From Corallochytrium limacisporum Hawaii (lineage: Eukaryota > Protista > Pluriformea): a stretch of DNA of 64,000 nucleotides. A program made the translations under genes and the position numbers. This document shows positions 20,080-29,570 of this stretch, piece by piece (position 1 is the stretch's first letter; every line of letters starts with the position of its first letter). The notes under the pieces are model-generated. The model was given only the letters and a program-made list of their open reading frames with translations, made no database searches and was not told where the DNA came from. The stretch spans positions 321,165-385,164 of the forward strand of contig PDIP01000005.1 in assembly GCA_002811645.1 (NCBI GenBank). Reading direction: 5' to 3'.

Positions 20080-22491
20080 ATGTCCGGTGTGAAGCGAGAC
20101 TTATCTGGTAACGAGGATGAACAACCGCCTCTGAAGATGTCTACAGCGAGGAATGACGTTTCAGATGCAATGGACACAGCTCCGGCAGTCAACGGGAAGG
20201 CATCTCATGTAATGCCGTCCAGTGAAGTACCGACGGATAGCGCTGAGGCCAATGAAGTGCCCAGCACCAGCGTTAAGCCTAATGACGGCCCTGGTGACAA
20301 TGTGGTGAATTCTAATGCAGCCACACATGAACCAGAGGTTTACGTCGATGAGGATATTGAGGATGAGAGCACAAAGCGCCAGAAGGCCCAGCCTGTCTCC
20401 AACAAGGAGGGGCCAGTGATGCTCTACGCCCGCAATGTAGAGGGTTTGAATCAGAAACAGAGACGCGCAGTCATTGTCAAGAGCCTAACAGGCACGTTGG
20501 TCAATGTGGGAATCGGACCCCGCACGAAGGTACAGGAAGTCCGGGACCTGGCCCTGCAGCAAATTCTCCCTAACCTGCTGGCTGAGGAGAAGGCCTGCTT
20601 TGGTCTGCAATGCAAGAACTTGCCTGTTGTAGGGGACGGCTACGTACCCATCGATGGACGCATGATTAAGTACATACCTGACAAGGAGTTATACGTTACA
20701 GTGACTCTCCGTGTGCGCCATTGGTTGCCATTTCCGATCCTGTCATGTCCCGCAACACGCCTTTACTACAGCCACGATCTGATGCACCTTATACGGCAGG
20801 GTATTTTCTCCGTGGAGGTGGATGAAGCTGTAAAGTTTGCTGCGCTGTTTCTTCAAATTACTCAGGGACCATTCAATGAGCAGACATGCGACGCAGACGG
20901 GAAATACATTGACCTTGATCGGGTAGCATCCAAGAAGATACAATTCCGGGCAAACCAGGAGGAGGTTCCTCTGGCAAAATCAATTGCCGCAGAGCACCAA
21001 AGGCTTCAGGACAAGTCAACACAGATGGCCGCTGATGAGTTTTGCCAGATGGCACGGCCGAACTCGGACTATGGTCTCTTGCTGGTTCCGGTGTCCGACA
21101 AGGACAACAGTACGCGCATTCTTGGTATTCATTTGGGTGCCCTATACATCTACGACCTGGTTTCGAAGATGAAATATCAAAAACACAAGTACGAATGGGG
21201 TGCAATCAAACAGGTCAAATTTACCGGAAACAAGAAGTTCCAGATTGTGCCCCGCCAGGGTAAGGCTATTGTCTTTTACGTTTCTGGCAAGACGGCGTGC
21301 AAGAATGTGCTCCGCGAAATTGCGGAGACCCACAGTTTCCTCGTGCGACTCAGCAAGAATCAAGCGCATCTGCTCAACAAGAACCTGGCGGAGAAGCGCT
21401 GGGACGAGCTTAAGCTTACACAGGTTGATCCCCGGGAGGAAGTACAGGTCGAACCTGTGGCACCGGTTGTTTCGGAGGCTGCCAAGGAATTCCAGTTTGA
21501 TGACGATGAGCCGCTGGATCTAGACAAGTTGATTGCTATCTTTGAGGCAAAGATGACTGCCGCTGGCAGCTTCAACATTGGCGCGGAGTTCGAGGATCTG
21601 AGGCAGAAGGAAGCTCGCGCCAGGGCAACTTACGAGGCGGCAGAGGATCCGTTGAATCAGCACCTGAACCGCTACCGCAACGTTCTGGCCAATGATGCTA
21701 CCCGCGTTGAGCTTATGGGAGGAGAACACGACTACATCAATGCTAACCATGTGCGCAACGCGAAGACAACACGGTGGTTTGTCGCGACTCAGGGACCAAT
21801 GACCACCACGGTGGGAGATTTCTGGCGCATGGTCTATGAGCAGAATACGGCCGTTATTTGCATGGTGACTGGCCTGGTTGAGGCTGGACGGTTGAAGTGT
21901 GACAAATATTGGCCGGATGAGATCGGGGTCACTGAAATCTATGACGAGTTTGAGATTACTTTGGAAGAAGAGAAAGAACTTGATGGCTACACGCGCCGTT
22001 CCTTCAAGCTGCGTACGGAGATCCCTGAGTCCGATGGCACATATCGGGAAGTGGTCCGCTTTGTCATGCAGCTGCACTACAACGTGTGGCCTGACCACGG
22101 CATTCCTTCGGACAAGGGCGAGTTTCTTGACTACGTTGAGAGAATGCGGCACGAGCACACAGATGCATTCCCGCAAGAGAAAGAGGCAGGACCCATTACT
22201 GTGCACTGTTCCGCGGGTATTGGTCGCACAGGAACACTGTGTACTGTGGACATTGCGCTCGCACGCCTGGAAAAGAAGCTGATGATCAGCATTCCGGTTA
22301 TCGTTTCCGAGCTAAAGAGGCAGCGCTACGGCATGGTGCAGACCAAGGATCAGTATGAATTCATCTATCAGGTCATGTACGAGGAACTTATGCGTCTCAA
22401 GGCAGAGCAGGAGCTGGGTGAAGATACTGGCGTTCTGCACTCTGACGAGGAGGAGACTTCCACGTCTAGCTCCATCGATATGAATTTCTAA
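20080..22491 (+). CDS. FERM-domain protein tyrosine phosphatase (PTPN3/4/14/21-like), no PDZ evident
   Basis: FERM lobes: CFGLQ, LRVRHW, EAVKFAALFLQITQG, DYG..., LGI..., YEWGAIKQVKF. PTP motifs: NRYRNV, DYINA, ATQGP, DFWRMVYEQ, WPDHG, VHCSAGIGRTG, QTKDQY. Confidence 0.92.
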   Translation: MSGVKRDLSGNEDEQPPLKMSTARNDVSDAMDTAPAVNGKASHVMPSSEVPTDSAEANEVPSTSVKPNDGPGDNVVNSNAATHEPEVYVDEDIEDESTKRQKAQPVSNKEGPVMLYARNVEGLNQKQRRAVIVKSLTGTLVNVGIGPRTKVQEVRDLALQQILPNLLAEEKACFGLQCKNLPVVGDGYVPIDGRMIKYIPDKELYVTVTLRVRHWLPFPILSCPATRLYYSHDLMHLIRQGIFSVEVDEAVKFAALFLQITQGPFNEQTCDADGKYIDLDRVASKKIQFRANQEEVPLAKSIAAEHQRLQDKSTQMAADEFCQMARPNSDYGLLLVPVSDKDNSTRILGIHLGALYIYDLVSKMKYQKHKYEWGAIKQVKFTGNKKFQIVPRQGKAIVFYVSGKTACKNVLREIAETHSFLVRLSKNQAHLLNKNLAEKRWDELKLTQVDPREEVQVEPVAPVVSEAAKEFQFDDDEPLDLDKLIAIFEAKMTAAGSFNIGAEFEDLRQKEARARATYEAAEDPLNQHLNRYRNVLANDATRVELMGGEHDYINANHVRNAKTTRWFVATQGPMTTTVGDFWRMVYEQNTAVICMVTGLVEAGRLKCDKYWPDEIGVTEIYDEFEITLEEEKELDGYTRRSFKLRTEIPESDGTYREVVRFVMQLHYNVWPDHGIPSDKGEFLDYVERMRHEHTDAFPQEKEAGPITVHCSAGIGRTGTLCTVDIALARLEKKLMISIPVIVSELKRQRYGMVQTKDQYEFIYQVMYEELMRLKAEQELGEDTGVLHSDEEETSTSSSIDMNF

Positions 22492-22595
22492 ATGTACACA
22501 AAACAGAATGAAACAATTTGATGATATGACTAAAACAGATACATACATTCATAACAAAAGTCTTCTTTAAATGGGTACGATCATAACAGTCGGCT

Positions 22596-23147
22596 TTAAA
22601 CCACGGCAAAGGTGGGAACCAAAGGGTTGGGCTTCATACCAATATTGTTACCTTCCTCATCGGTCATGACTGGCTTGTCGGAACCGATGGGAGCCGAGAT
22701 TTTCGGAGCAGCAGACCGCCCAATCTTCTGAGTGTCAGTTGGGGCTGCGGTGCTGACATACTGCTCTCCTCGACGGTGTGCTTGGAAGTAGATGAATGCT
22801 AGAATGAAATAGCCAATGGCATTCAGAGTGGTCGGGATCTCAATGCACAAGGGCAGAGCTGCCATAATGTAAAAGACAGCCCGGGCAGCATAATTCGCCC
22901 CAAATCCACCCATGCTCTCGACCAGCGGAGCAAACTTGTCATGGAACATGCGCTTCGGGGTCTGACCACGCTTTCGTTTGCTACGGGGCAGTTCCACAAT
23001 CAGTGTGAAAGCACCCAGTGCGGCTGTGTACGGCCCGACGAACCAGAAAGGGTACATCCAAATTGTCACAGTCGCAGTGATGAATATGAGCCATCCGTTC
23101 ATCCATGCCTGTTGGTTGGCCCACTGACCCAATTCAAATTTGACCAT
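22596..23147 (-). CDS. CYBA: Cytochrome b-245 light chain, p22phox (NADPH oxidase subunit)
   Basis: QWANQQA, GPY, ELPRSKRKRGQT, NYAARAVF and RGEQY parallel p22phox WANEQA, GAY, EYPRGKRKKGST, NYYVRAVL and RGEQW. Confidence 0.9.
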   Translation of the reverse strand: MVKFELGQWANQQAWMNGWLIFITATVTIWMYPFWFVGPYTAALGAFTLIVELPRSKRKRGQTPKRMFHDKFAPLVESMGGFGANYAARAVFYIMAALPLCIEIPTTLNAIGYFILAFIYFQAHRRGEQYVSTAAPTDTQKIGRSAAPKISAPIGSDKPVMTDEEGNNIGMKPNPLVPTFAVV

Positions 23148-24180
23148 ATTGTTGTATAATTGTTTGACTTCTATTTACAGCCTGTACTTCGAGGCGACCT
23201 GCACCAAGACACTGGATTGGTAACTTCATATCTATCTACTTTAGATCATATGCCGGGCCACAAGTACCATGTTCATCACACAGTCACACTACAAGCCATA
23301 AAAGACGGAGAATGATGTTGCTCCTATCTTACTCCCAGTGTAGACACCGTATGTCCACATAACCTTTGGCTGTTCACTGAAACAATCGGTGGATTGTGTG
23401 AGAGCCGGTGGACTGAGTACGCGATTGATTCGGCTTCGTCGTCCCCTTTTCCCCCCAAAAAGCAGCACTGTGCACGTCCCTTTTTTTTCATCGGGACCCA
23501 CCCACGCCTCTGTCCGTTGCCAGCTCCCAAGCTCAAGATTGCATCTCTGGCACGTCCCTTTTGCAGAGGAAACAGACTGAGCTTCTTCGTTTATACTGAA
23601 TGCCCATAAATGAAAACTCGTTACACAGTACTGCAGGCTTTCTGGTATCCGAACCTACAACCCCCGATCTTGCCCGAGGGGTGAAGTGATGATAAAGGGT
23701 GTAAAGCAGTCCCAGCCCCCTCATTGGCCCAACGGCGAAGAGTGGGTCCGTAGTGATCAAGGAACCCCCCCACCCTCCCCAGGGCCCAGGCAAACGCCAG
23801 GGGGCCCGGGGTTGGGGAAGAGGGGGGGGGATTTCGAACAGGAGGGACAGAAGAAGCGGTTCTCAGTCTTTTCAACTCCCCCCCCCCCGGGGGGGGGGCC
23901 TCTGGGCCCCACGCCACCACAAAACGGACCCAGTAATTTTCTGCTGAATTTGTGGTCGAAGTAAAGGGGAAGGAAAAGGGAGGAAGGCGACGACGGTTGC
24001 GCTTCCTGCTATACGCGAAAACGGCCACCAAGTAAAATCCCTATCTGTCGGGTTTTGAGACGATGGTACCACTGTGTACCTTGCCGCCTGGTATCGGCCT
24101 CACACCCCCTTCGCAAAGTCTTATAACTTCCCTCCCAAACTTACTGTGTGCAAAAATGACACTCCGTACCTCCCGTAAGC

Positions 24181-24279
24181 GGTGGTCAAGGGGCTCGAAC
24201 CTGGTCCATTCCCCTAACCCATTTCAAAAGTGTTTTAGGGTATTCAGTGTTTGAAATTGGGTTCGAAACCCTCACCACC
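24181..24279. repeat. Imperfect inverted repeat of ~100 bp, MITE-like, with a B-box-like sequence in each arm
   Basis: Left arm ggtggtcaaggggctcgaacc versus right arm ggttcgaaaccctcaccacc; inner pairing cccatttcaaa/tttgaaattggg; AGC flanks both sides. Confidence 0.4.
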
Positions 24280-26095
24280 AGCCCAGGAGGGGGGTAACTA
24301 TATCGCCTTCGAATCCTTGGAGGAAACCGTTGACGTTGGAAACCGGAGGCGGTTTGGAAAAGGAGAGAGTGCACGATCGGCTGTGAGTTGTGGATGGAAG
24401 TGTCTCGTTAAGACGTGGTCCATCCTGCCATGGACTACCGTCCAGTGGGTCCTTGATTCTAATTCTGCTCCCTCCCAGACGCTGCCAGTCCCTCTCCAAA
24501 GTTCTAAATGTGCTTCTGCGTGGTTGCTCGGGATATCAGCAGCACTCATCATTGGATTGTGTAGCTCAGCTGGTGACATCCAAGAGTATCATGAAGAAAT
24601 TAAACATCAAGTTCTGTCACTGATCTATTTGTGGCTACATATGTGTCCAAAAGGGGACCGGATGACCTTTTCAGTCCACACTAGCAGCAATAGCATCAGA
24701 TTAACATGGTCCACCTGTGCATGCGAGTTGGTAGTGAATACGTTCCTGGAGATCCAAAGATGTGCTTTCGTAGCTATTCTTCACTGTTTACAGTAATCAC
24801 ATGAATACAACTGCTGTTGCATTCCACATCCATGTGCAAGATCACAGGGCACACCAGACGGCCTTGTATGCGTTTTGCCACCTAGGCGCAACTTCCCCTG
24901 AGACACAACCGCACAGCGCCAATCATCTTTACAGCCCTGGTAGCGTTTTCTTACCGCCATATTGGTTTTAGAAGAGGTTCGTTGATAGAACACACGGTAG
25001 GCACACATGCAAGTCTGAAACGCAATCTCCATTTCTCTTCGTGTTGTGCGATACCATGTTGAACGTCAGTAACGCAAAACCCTCGAGGGAGGGGAGGGCT
25101 TCTCGCCGTTCTCGTCTCCAAGGACTTCCGTCGAATAGGACCTTTGAACGTAGCACGATAACAAAGAGGGACTCTCAGTGATGGATTGGAGAGGGGCCAC
25201 TGCAAACCCTGCCACTGGATCCAGAAACTTAGGGAGGACCCTTTCAAATCATGCGCGACGTTTGCTCCTAATGGCCTTGCACATGTTTAAGTTGCAGCAG
25301 ACGATGACGGGCTGGCAACTTTCGGACTTGTCGCGACACTTGGGCGTACCTTGCAAAAAAATCGCAAAGATAGCGTTTTACAATGTATTCAATTTAAGGG
25401 TGCGTAGATGTCGCTTTCTAGGTTCTGAGGGTTTTTGTGGTTTCCCTGCTCCGAGGGGAAAGGTGTGTCGAATTGTGCTTGTCGACCAGATGGGTCCGCA
25501 ACCGGTCGAAGGGGTGTGTAAGCTGAGACCATCTCCAAAATTGGGTTCTTGATCAGGAATGGGCTTTGAGTGCAGACTAATGTGATCGGCGAGGCCATCA
25601 TGATGACAGTAAAATTGACATTCTGTGTGCGACAGAGTGGCCTTGCAAGTCAATCGGAAACGTATTTTTTGCGAGACCTGTTCCATTCGATTCGTAAATA
25701 CGCTGACGACAAAAGTATGAAAAAGAGGAAAATGGAAGGACAGGCAGAGTTAAGTACTAGAATTGGAACCATTTGAAGCAGAATACAATGTAGGTCGCGA
25801 TTTGTATATACTAAGATCCAATAACAGCTACGAGACCAAATGAGATCGAGAGTGCCTACAGTACTAGACCAACAGCAGTTGGATCGCGCTTCAAAGTCCA
25901 CCATTACCTCGCCTTCGACGGCTTACAATCTGTCCTTACAGGAGACACATGACTTAAATGTCCCAGATGACGACGATGACGAAGAAAAGAAGTCCGGAGT
26001 TGTAAGTCGGTCAATTCGATTCTATCAAAGCTATTCGTGTAGGCGGTACGGCCATAGAGGACGCTCCACAAAATGCTCGGTGGCGGGTTGAAGTC

Positions 26096-29000
26096 ATGAT
26101 TGGGAGGGCAGGAGAACAGAGATGGGCTTGTGCAGAAGCCAGAAACGACACTGATGGGAATATTCAAAGCAATAAGGTGCTGCAGTCGCACAGAAAAGGA
26201 TTCTCCGTCCACAGTGCGATTCCTGTAAGTAGAGGCGAGATGCCCTGGCTGGTGGTGGATGATCGGACAAAGATCAAGTCATATGAGGATGGCGGTGAAG
26301 GGGATCACCATAGTCTAACTAGCAGGAGCATGAATACACTATTCTCAACATCAGCTGATGCGGTCAGCGGAGGCGTGTCATGCGAGGCAATGATTGGTAA
26401 TGACGGACAGTGGCCTCGTTCGCCCGTTTCCTTTGTCAGGGCACAGGAAAAGAGAATGTCATCTAAGGTGGATCGCCCCTCGCCATCAGTGAGGAGTGGT
26501 GGTCGTGTTTCCCCGACATGCCGAGGCGCCAGGCGGGATTCGTTAGCGAGAACAGCAGACACTGGAAACAAGAACATTGGCCAGACAGTCAGCTTTGATT
26601 TTGTCGATACTGCGGAGCCTGAGTACACGATAGGAGAGGCTGCGTCTGCGGTCACCATGACAGCTTCTGTTCAGCGGAGAGTCTCTACTTCGTCCCAAAC
26701 GGATGAAGAAAACCTCGACATCCACACAGAGCGCCGACGACGAAGAGCATTGATGAACTTGCTTTTTATTGCAACAGCCCGACGAAATCCCGAGGTGAGT
26801 GAAAGCCAGTCACCAGCGGAAAGTCCAGCGGGCATCAAGCGGCGTCGCAGTAACCACAAAGACCCTGGGGACCCACGAGGTGGCAGCGACCAAAATTTGC
26901 GTGTAACCAACGTTGATCGGGAAAGTGAAACACCATCTTCTCAAAGTGTCAAGATTCAGATTATTGGACCTCTCCCAGACACAAATACGGACTGTAAGGT
27001 TTACGAGTGTGAAGTGGGAGTGGACCAGCTTATCACTGCGGGTATACGCAAATCCATTGATCCCCTCAGTGATAGTGATCTGGAAAGATCTGTACCTGAA
27101 CCGATGCTCAATCTTACCAACGGCAACGGTATTGAAGGGAATCAGTGGATCCGAGCCAGCGAAGTACCTAATCAAGTTAGTTCTTCAGCCAATTCCACGC
27201 CCCAGCCCGTGCGCAGAGGCTCGATCAAGAACAAATGGCATCGAACACAGCGCAAACTGCTTGTGATCTCCGCACTAAAGAAGATTGGCGGCATGCGACG
27301 TGCAACTGGAACACAGGGTTCTGTGGTACCTTCTGCCAATGCGGTGAGCAGCGCACCTCGCCCCAACGACATGCAGTCAGTGGATCCAACCGGACGCCAC
27401 TCAACAAAAGGGTTGTCGAAAACTCTTACAGACCAGCCCGAAGAAAAGAAGACCATGGAAATCCAGGTTGCTTACTCTCTGCTAGAAGATTGGGCCATGC
27501 CTTTAAGCTTCTATCGGTCTCTCTTGGACTTCTTGCAAAAGGAGGAACACTTGCATCTCTTGCCAGTGATTCACGAGACCCTGAGTTCTTCGCAGGGCAT
27601 TGAGTTCTGTGAATACATGACCGCCATCTACGAAAGCATGCGCGCAGGCGGCCGCTTGGTGGGCCGTCTTGTAGAGATAGACTCCGCCCAAGCTAGAAAT
27701 GCAGAAGACATTTTCAGAGTAAACGGCTTGACTCCACGCATGATTAGCATTTACCTGCGCCTGCAATCCAAGAAGCGCCTCTGCAGGGTCCTGTGGCGGC
27801 CTCTGACGCAAATTCTGCTGACATATTCAAACGTCGCCCTTCCGCTGAACACTTTGTCCTTGACTGATGCCATGTCGACCAGTGGGTCGTTCCAGAGTGA
27901 TAGTATTATTGCAAACAGATTATACAACCCAATCACACAAATTCTGGAGACTATGAAGGCTCCAAACTTTGGGGAAGAGCCGTCAAATAACGACAAGTGT
28001 AAGATGGGCATGAACCGCAGCGTGCGCCAGTTGCTGGCACGCATTTACAATATGGCCGCAGCCCGCTTTGATGAAGAAGAGGCTTACCGTTGCCTTGCAG
28101 GATTCTATTTTCTGCGCCATGTCTGCGTTGCCATTGTATCCCCCGATCTCTTTGGGATGTCCTTGCCGGGCATGTCCCATGATGATCAGGTGGCAGAAAT
28201 AACCCCTCTTATGCGGAAGGACAAATTGATGAAGGAGCGAGAAATTCGCCACGTCCTTCTTCTTGTCTCAAAAGTCATTCAATGTGTCACCATGAACACC
28301 ACTCCATGCTTCGGGGATACTCCGGATGGCCCCGGACTAACGCGCCTTGCGATTCACTTGCGGGAGGAGTACAGTGACGACATTCGTGCCTGGCTATTGG
28401 CCAAGATTAATCTATCCGGATCATTGGACCCGCGGCGGACCCCACTCGGTCCGGAATCCCGCCGAAGCTCCGAAAACTCAGTAATTTCAGATCAGAGCTC
28501 CATCAGTTCTGTAGGATTGAGCAGTAGTCCCGTTAATTTCCCCGTTGGCCATCGAGGGCCCGCACCCAATAGTACCTTCGACGGACGGCCTTCTCGTCCC
28601 ATTCACCGTACCATTCGATCGCTTGTGGAAGGGGATCACAAGCCTGTATGTGTCTCGGATGAAGTTATTACCGAGGTATCCATGTCACAGGAGAATATTG
28701 GTGATGAGAAGCCTGAATTGTGTATCGACAAACCGGTTGGACACCTGTATTTACGTCGCGGATCTGTTGCTGGTTCTAGCCCCTTTCAGGACTGCGAACG
28801 TTCCCCTCGGACAATCATGAAGGATGAAGCCCTGCAGGAAAGCATTGCAACAATGGGAGTGGACAACTTGCTGCAGACCTTACCTCAGAAACAAAATCCT
28901 TCTGACAATACCGTTCACTCACCAGCGTACCATGCTAATGAGAGCGTTGTATGCCCAAGGACATCGCCGAAACCGGAGCGCCGGGGCTCTGCTATCATGC

Positions 29001-29389
29001 GGCGCGTGTCGGCGGGCAAAACGGTGCTTTTCCGCCAACATAGCGACGGATCCAATCCTTCGGTAAGTAAGAAGATGAAATTCCCTGGGCTAGATGCTAT
29101 TGGCAGGCGTCGTTCTGCTGAAGGCCTTGACGAGAAGCTGTCTCTAGTACAGATCCACGGCGATGAGAACACGAGTGAGGAGACAAGAGATAAGAACAAA
29201 GATCTCCGTTCTGCCCTGAGCTTTGTGCTGCGACAGATTCTGGAGAACATGGGTCTCGCAATTCATGTGGTGGAAGGCCAGCATCATCCTATCAATTCCG
29301 AAGCACGCGCCAACCTGCAGAAAGCGTTGACAGCTATTTCTAATACCTACGTTCCAAGTCAGGTGGGGAAATTCAACGAGACTTCATAG
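26096..29389 (+). CDS. Ras GTPase-activating protein (RasGAP domain with disordered flanks); 5' end uncertain
   Basis: Arg-finger IFRVN, FLR motif GFYFLRHVCVAIVSPDLFG, LLLVSKVIQ. Frame is open from 26006; a possible upstream exon starts at 25840. Confidence 0.88.
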   Translation: MIGRAGEQRWACAEARNDTDGNIQSNKVLQSHRKGFSVHSAIPVSRGEMPWLVVDDRTKIKSYEDGGEGDHHSLTSRSMNTLFSTSADAVSGGVSCEAMIGNDGQWPRSPVSFVRAQEKRMSSKVDRPSPSVRSGGRVSPTCRGARRDSLARTADTGNKNIGQTVSFDFVDTAEPEYTIGEAASAVTMTASVQRRVSTSSQTDEENLDIHTERRRRRALMNLLFIATARRNPEVSESQSPAESPAGIKRRRSNHKDPGDPRGGSDQNLRVTNVDRESETPSSQSVKIQIIGPLPDTNTDCKVYECEVGVDQLITAGIRKSIDPLSDSDLERSVPEPMLNLTNGNGIEGNQWIRASEVPNQVSSSANSTPQPVRRGSIKNKWHRTQRKLLVISALKKIGGMRRATGTQGSVVPSANAVSSAPRPNDMQSVDPTGRHSTKGLSKTLTDQPEEKKTMEIQVAYSLLEDWAMPLSFYRSLLDFLQKEEHLHLLPVIHETLSSSQGIEFCEYMTAIYESMRAGGRLVGRLVEIDSAQARNAEDIFRVNGLTPRMISIYLRLQSKKRLCRVLWRPLTQILLTYSNVALPLNTLSLTDAMSTSGSFQSDSIIANRLYNPITQILETMKAPNFGEEPSNNDKCKMGMNRSVRQLLARIYNMAAARFDEEEAYRCLAGFYFLRHVCVAIVSPDLFGMSLPGMSHDDQVAEITPLMRKDKLMKEREIRHVLLLVSKVIQCVTMNTTPCFGDTPDGPGLTRLAIHLREEYSDDIRAWLLAKINLSGSLDPRRTPLGPESRRSSENSVISDQSSISSVGLSSSPVNFPVGHRGPAPNSTFDGRPSRPIHRTIRSLVEGDHKPVCVSDEVITEVSMSQENIGDEKPELCIDKPVGHLYLRRGSVAGSSPFQDCERSPRTIMKDEALQESIATMGVDNLLQTLPQKQNPSDNTVHSPAYHANESVVCPRTSPKPERRGSAIMRRVSAGKTVLFRQHSDGSNPSVSKKMKFPGLDAIGRRRSAEGLDEKLSLVQIHGDENTSEETRDKNKDLRSALSFVLRQILENMGLAIHVVEGQHHPINSEARANLQKALTAISNTYVPSQVGKFNETS

Positions 29390-29570
29390 GCCGGTTACCT
29401 TGATGAAGCCCATAGAAAACATGCATGCAAAGGCCAGCAACAGCGCCACGAGACCTTATTCAAAAGAACAAATCATGTTAAAGAAGGTGACTGATGTTGA
29501 GTGATGCTAGATGTATTGTTTAGGGAAAACTCGTGTTTGATCTGGTGAGTAAGCTGTCTGCCTCACCCTG

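Noticed and set aside
24255-24280. tRNA-like GTTCGAA...CCA end
   Set aside because: The T-stem pairs for only 3 bp and no acceptor or D arm can be built.
24251-24796. 181 aa ORF
   Set aside because: TTG start and no recognisable domain; cannot be supported as a gene or transposon remnant.
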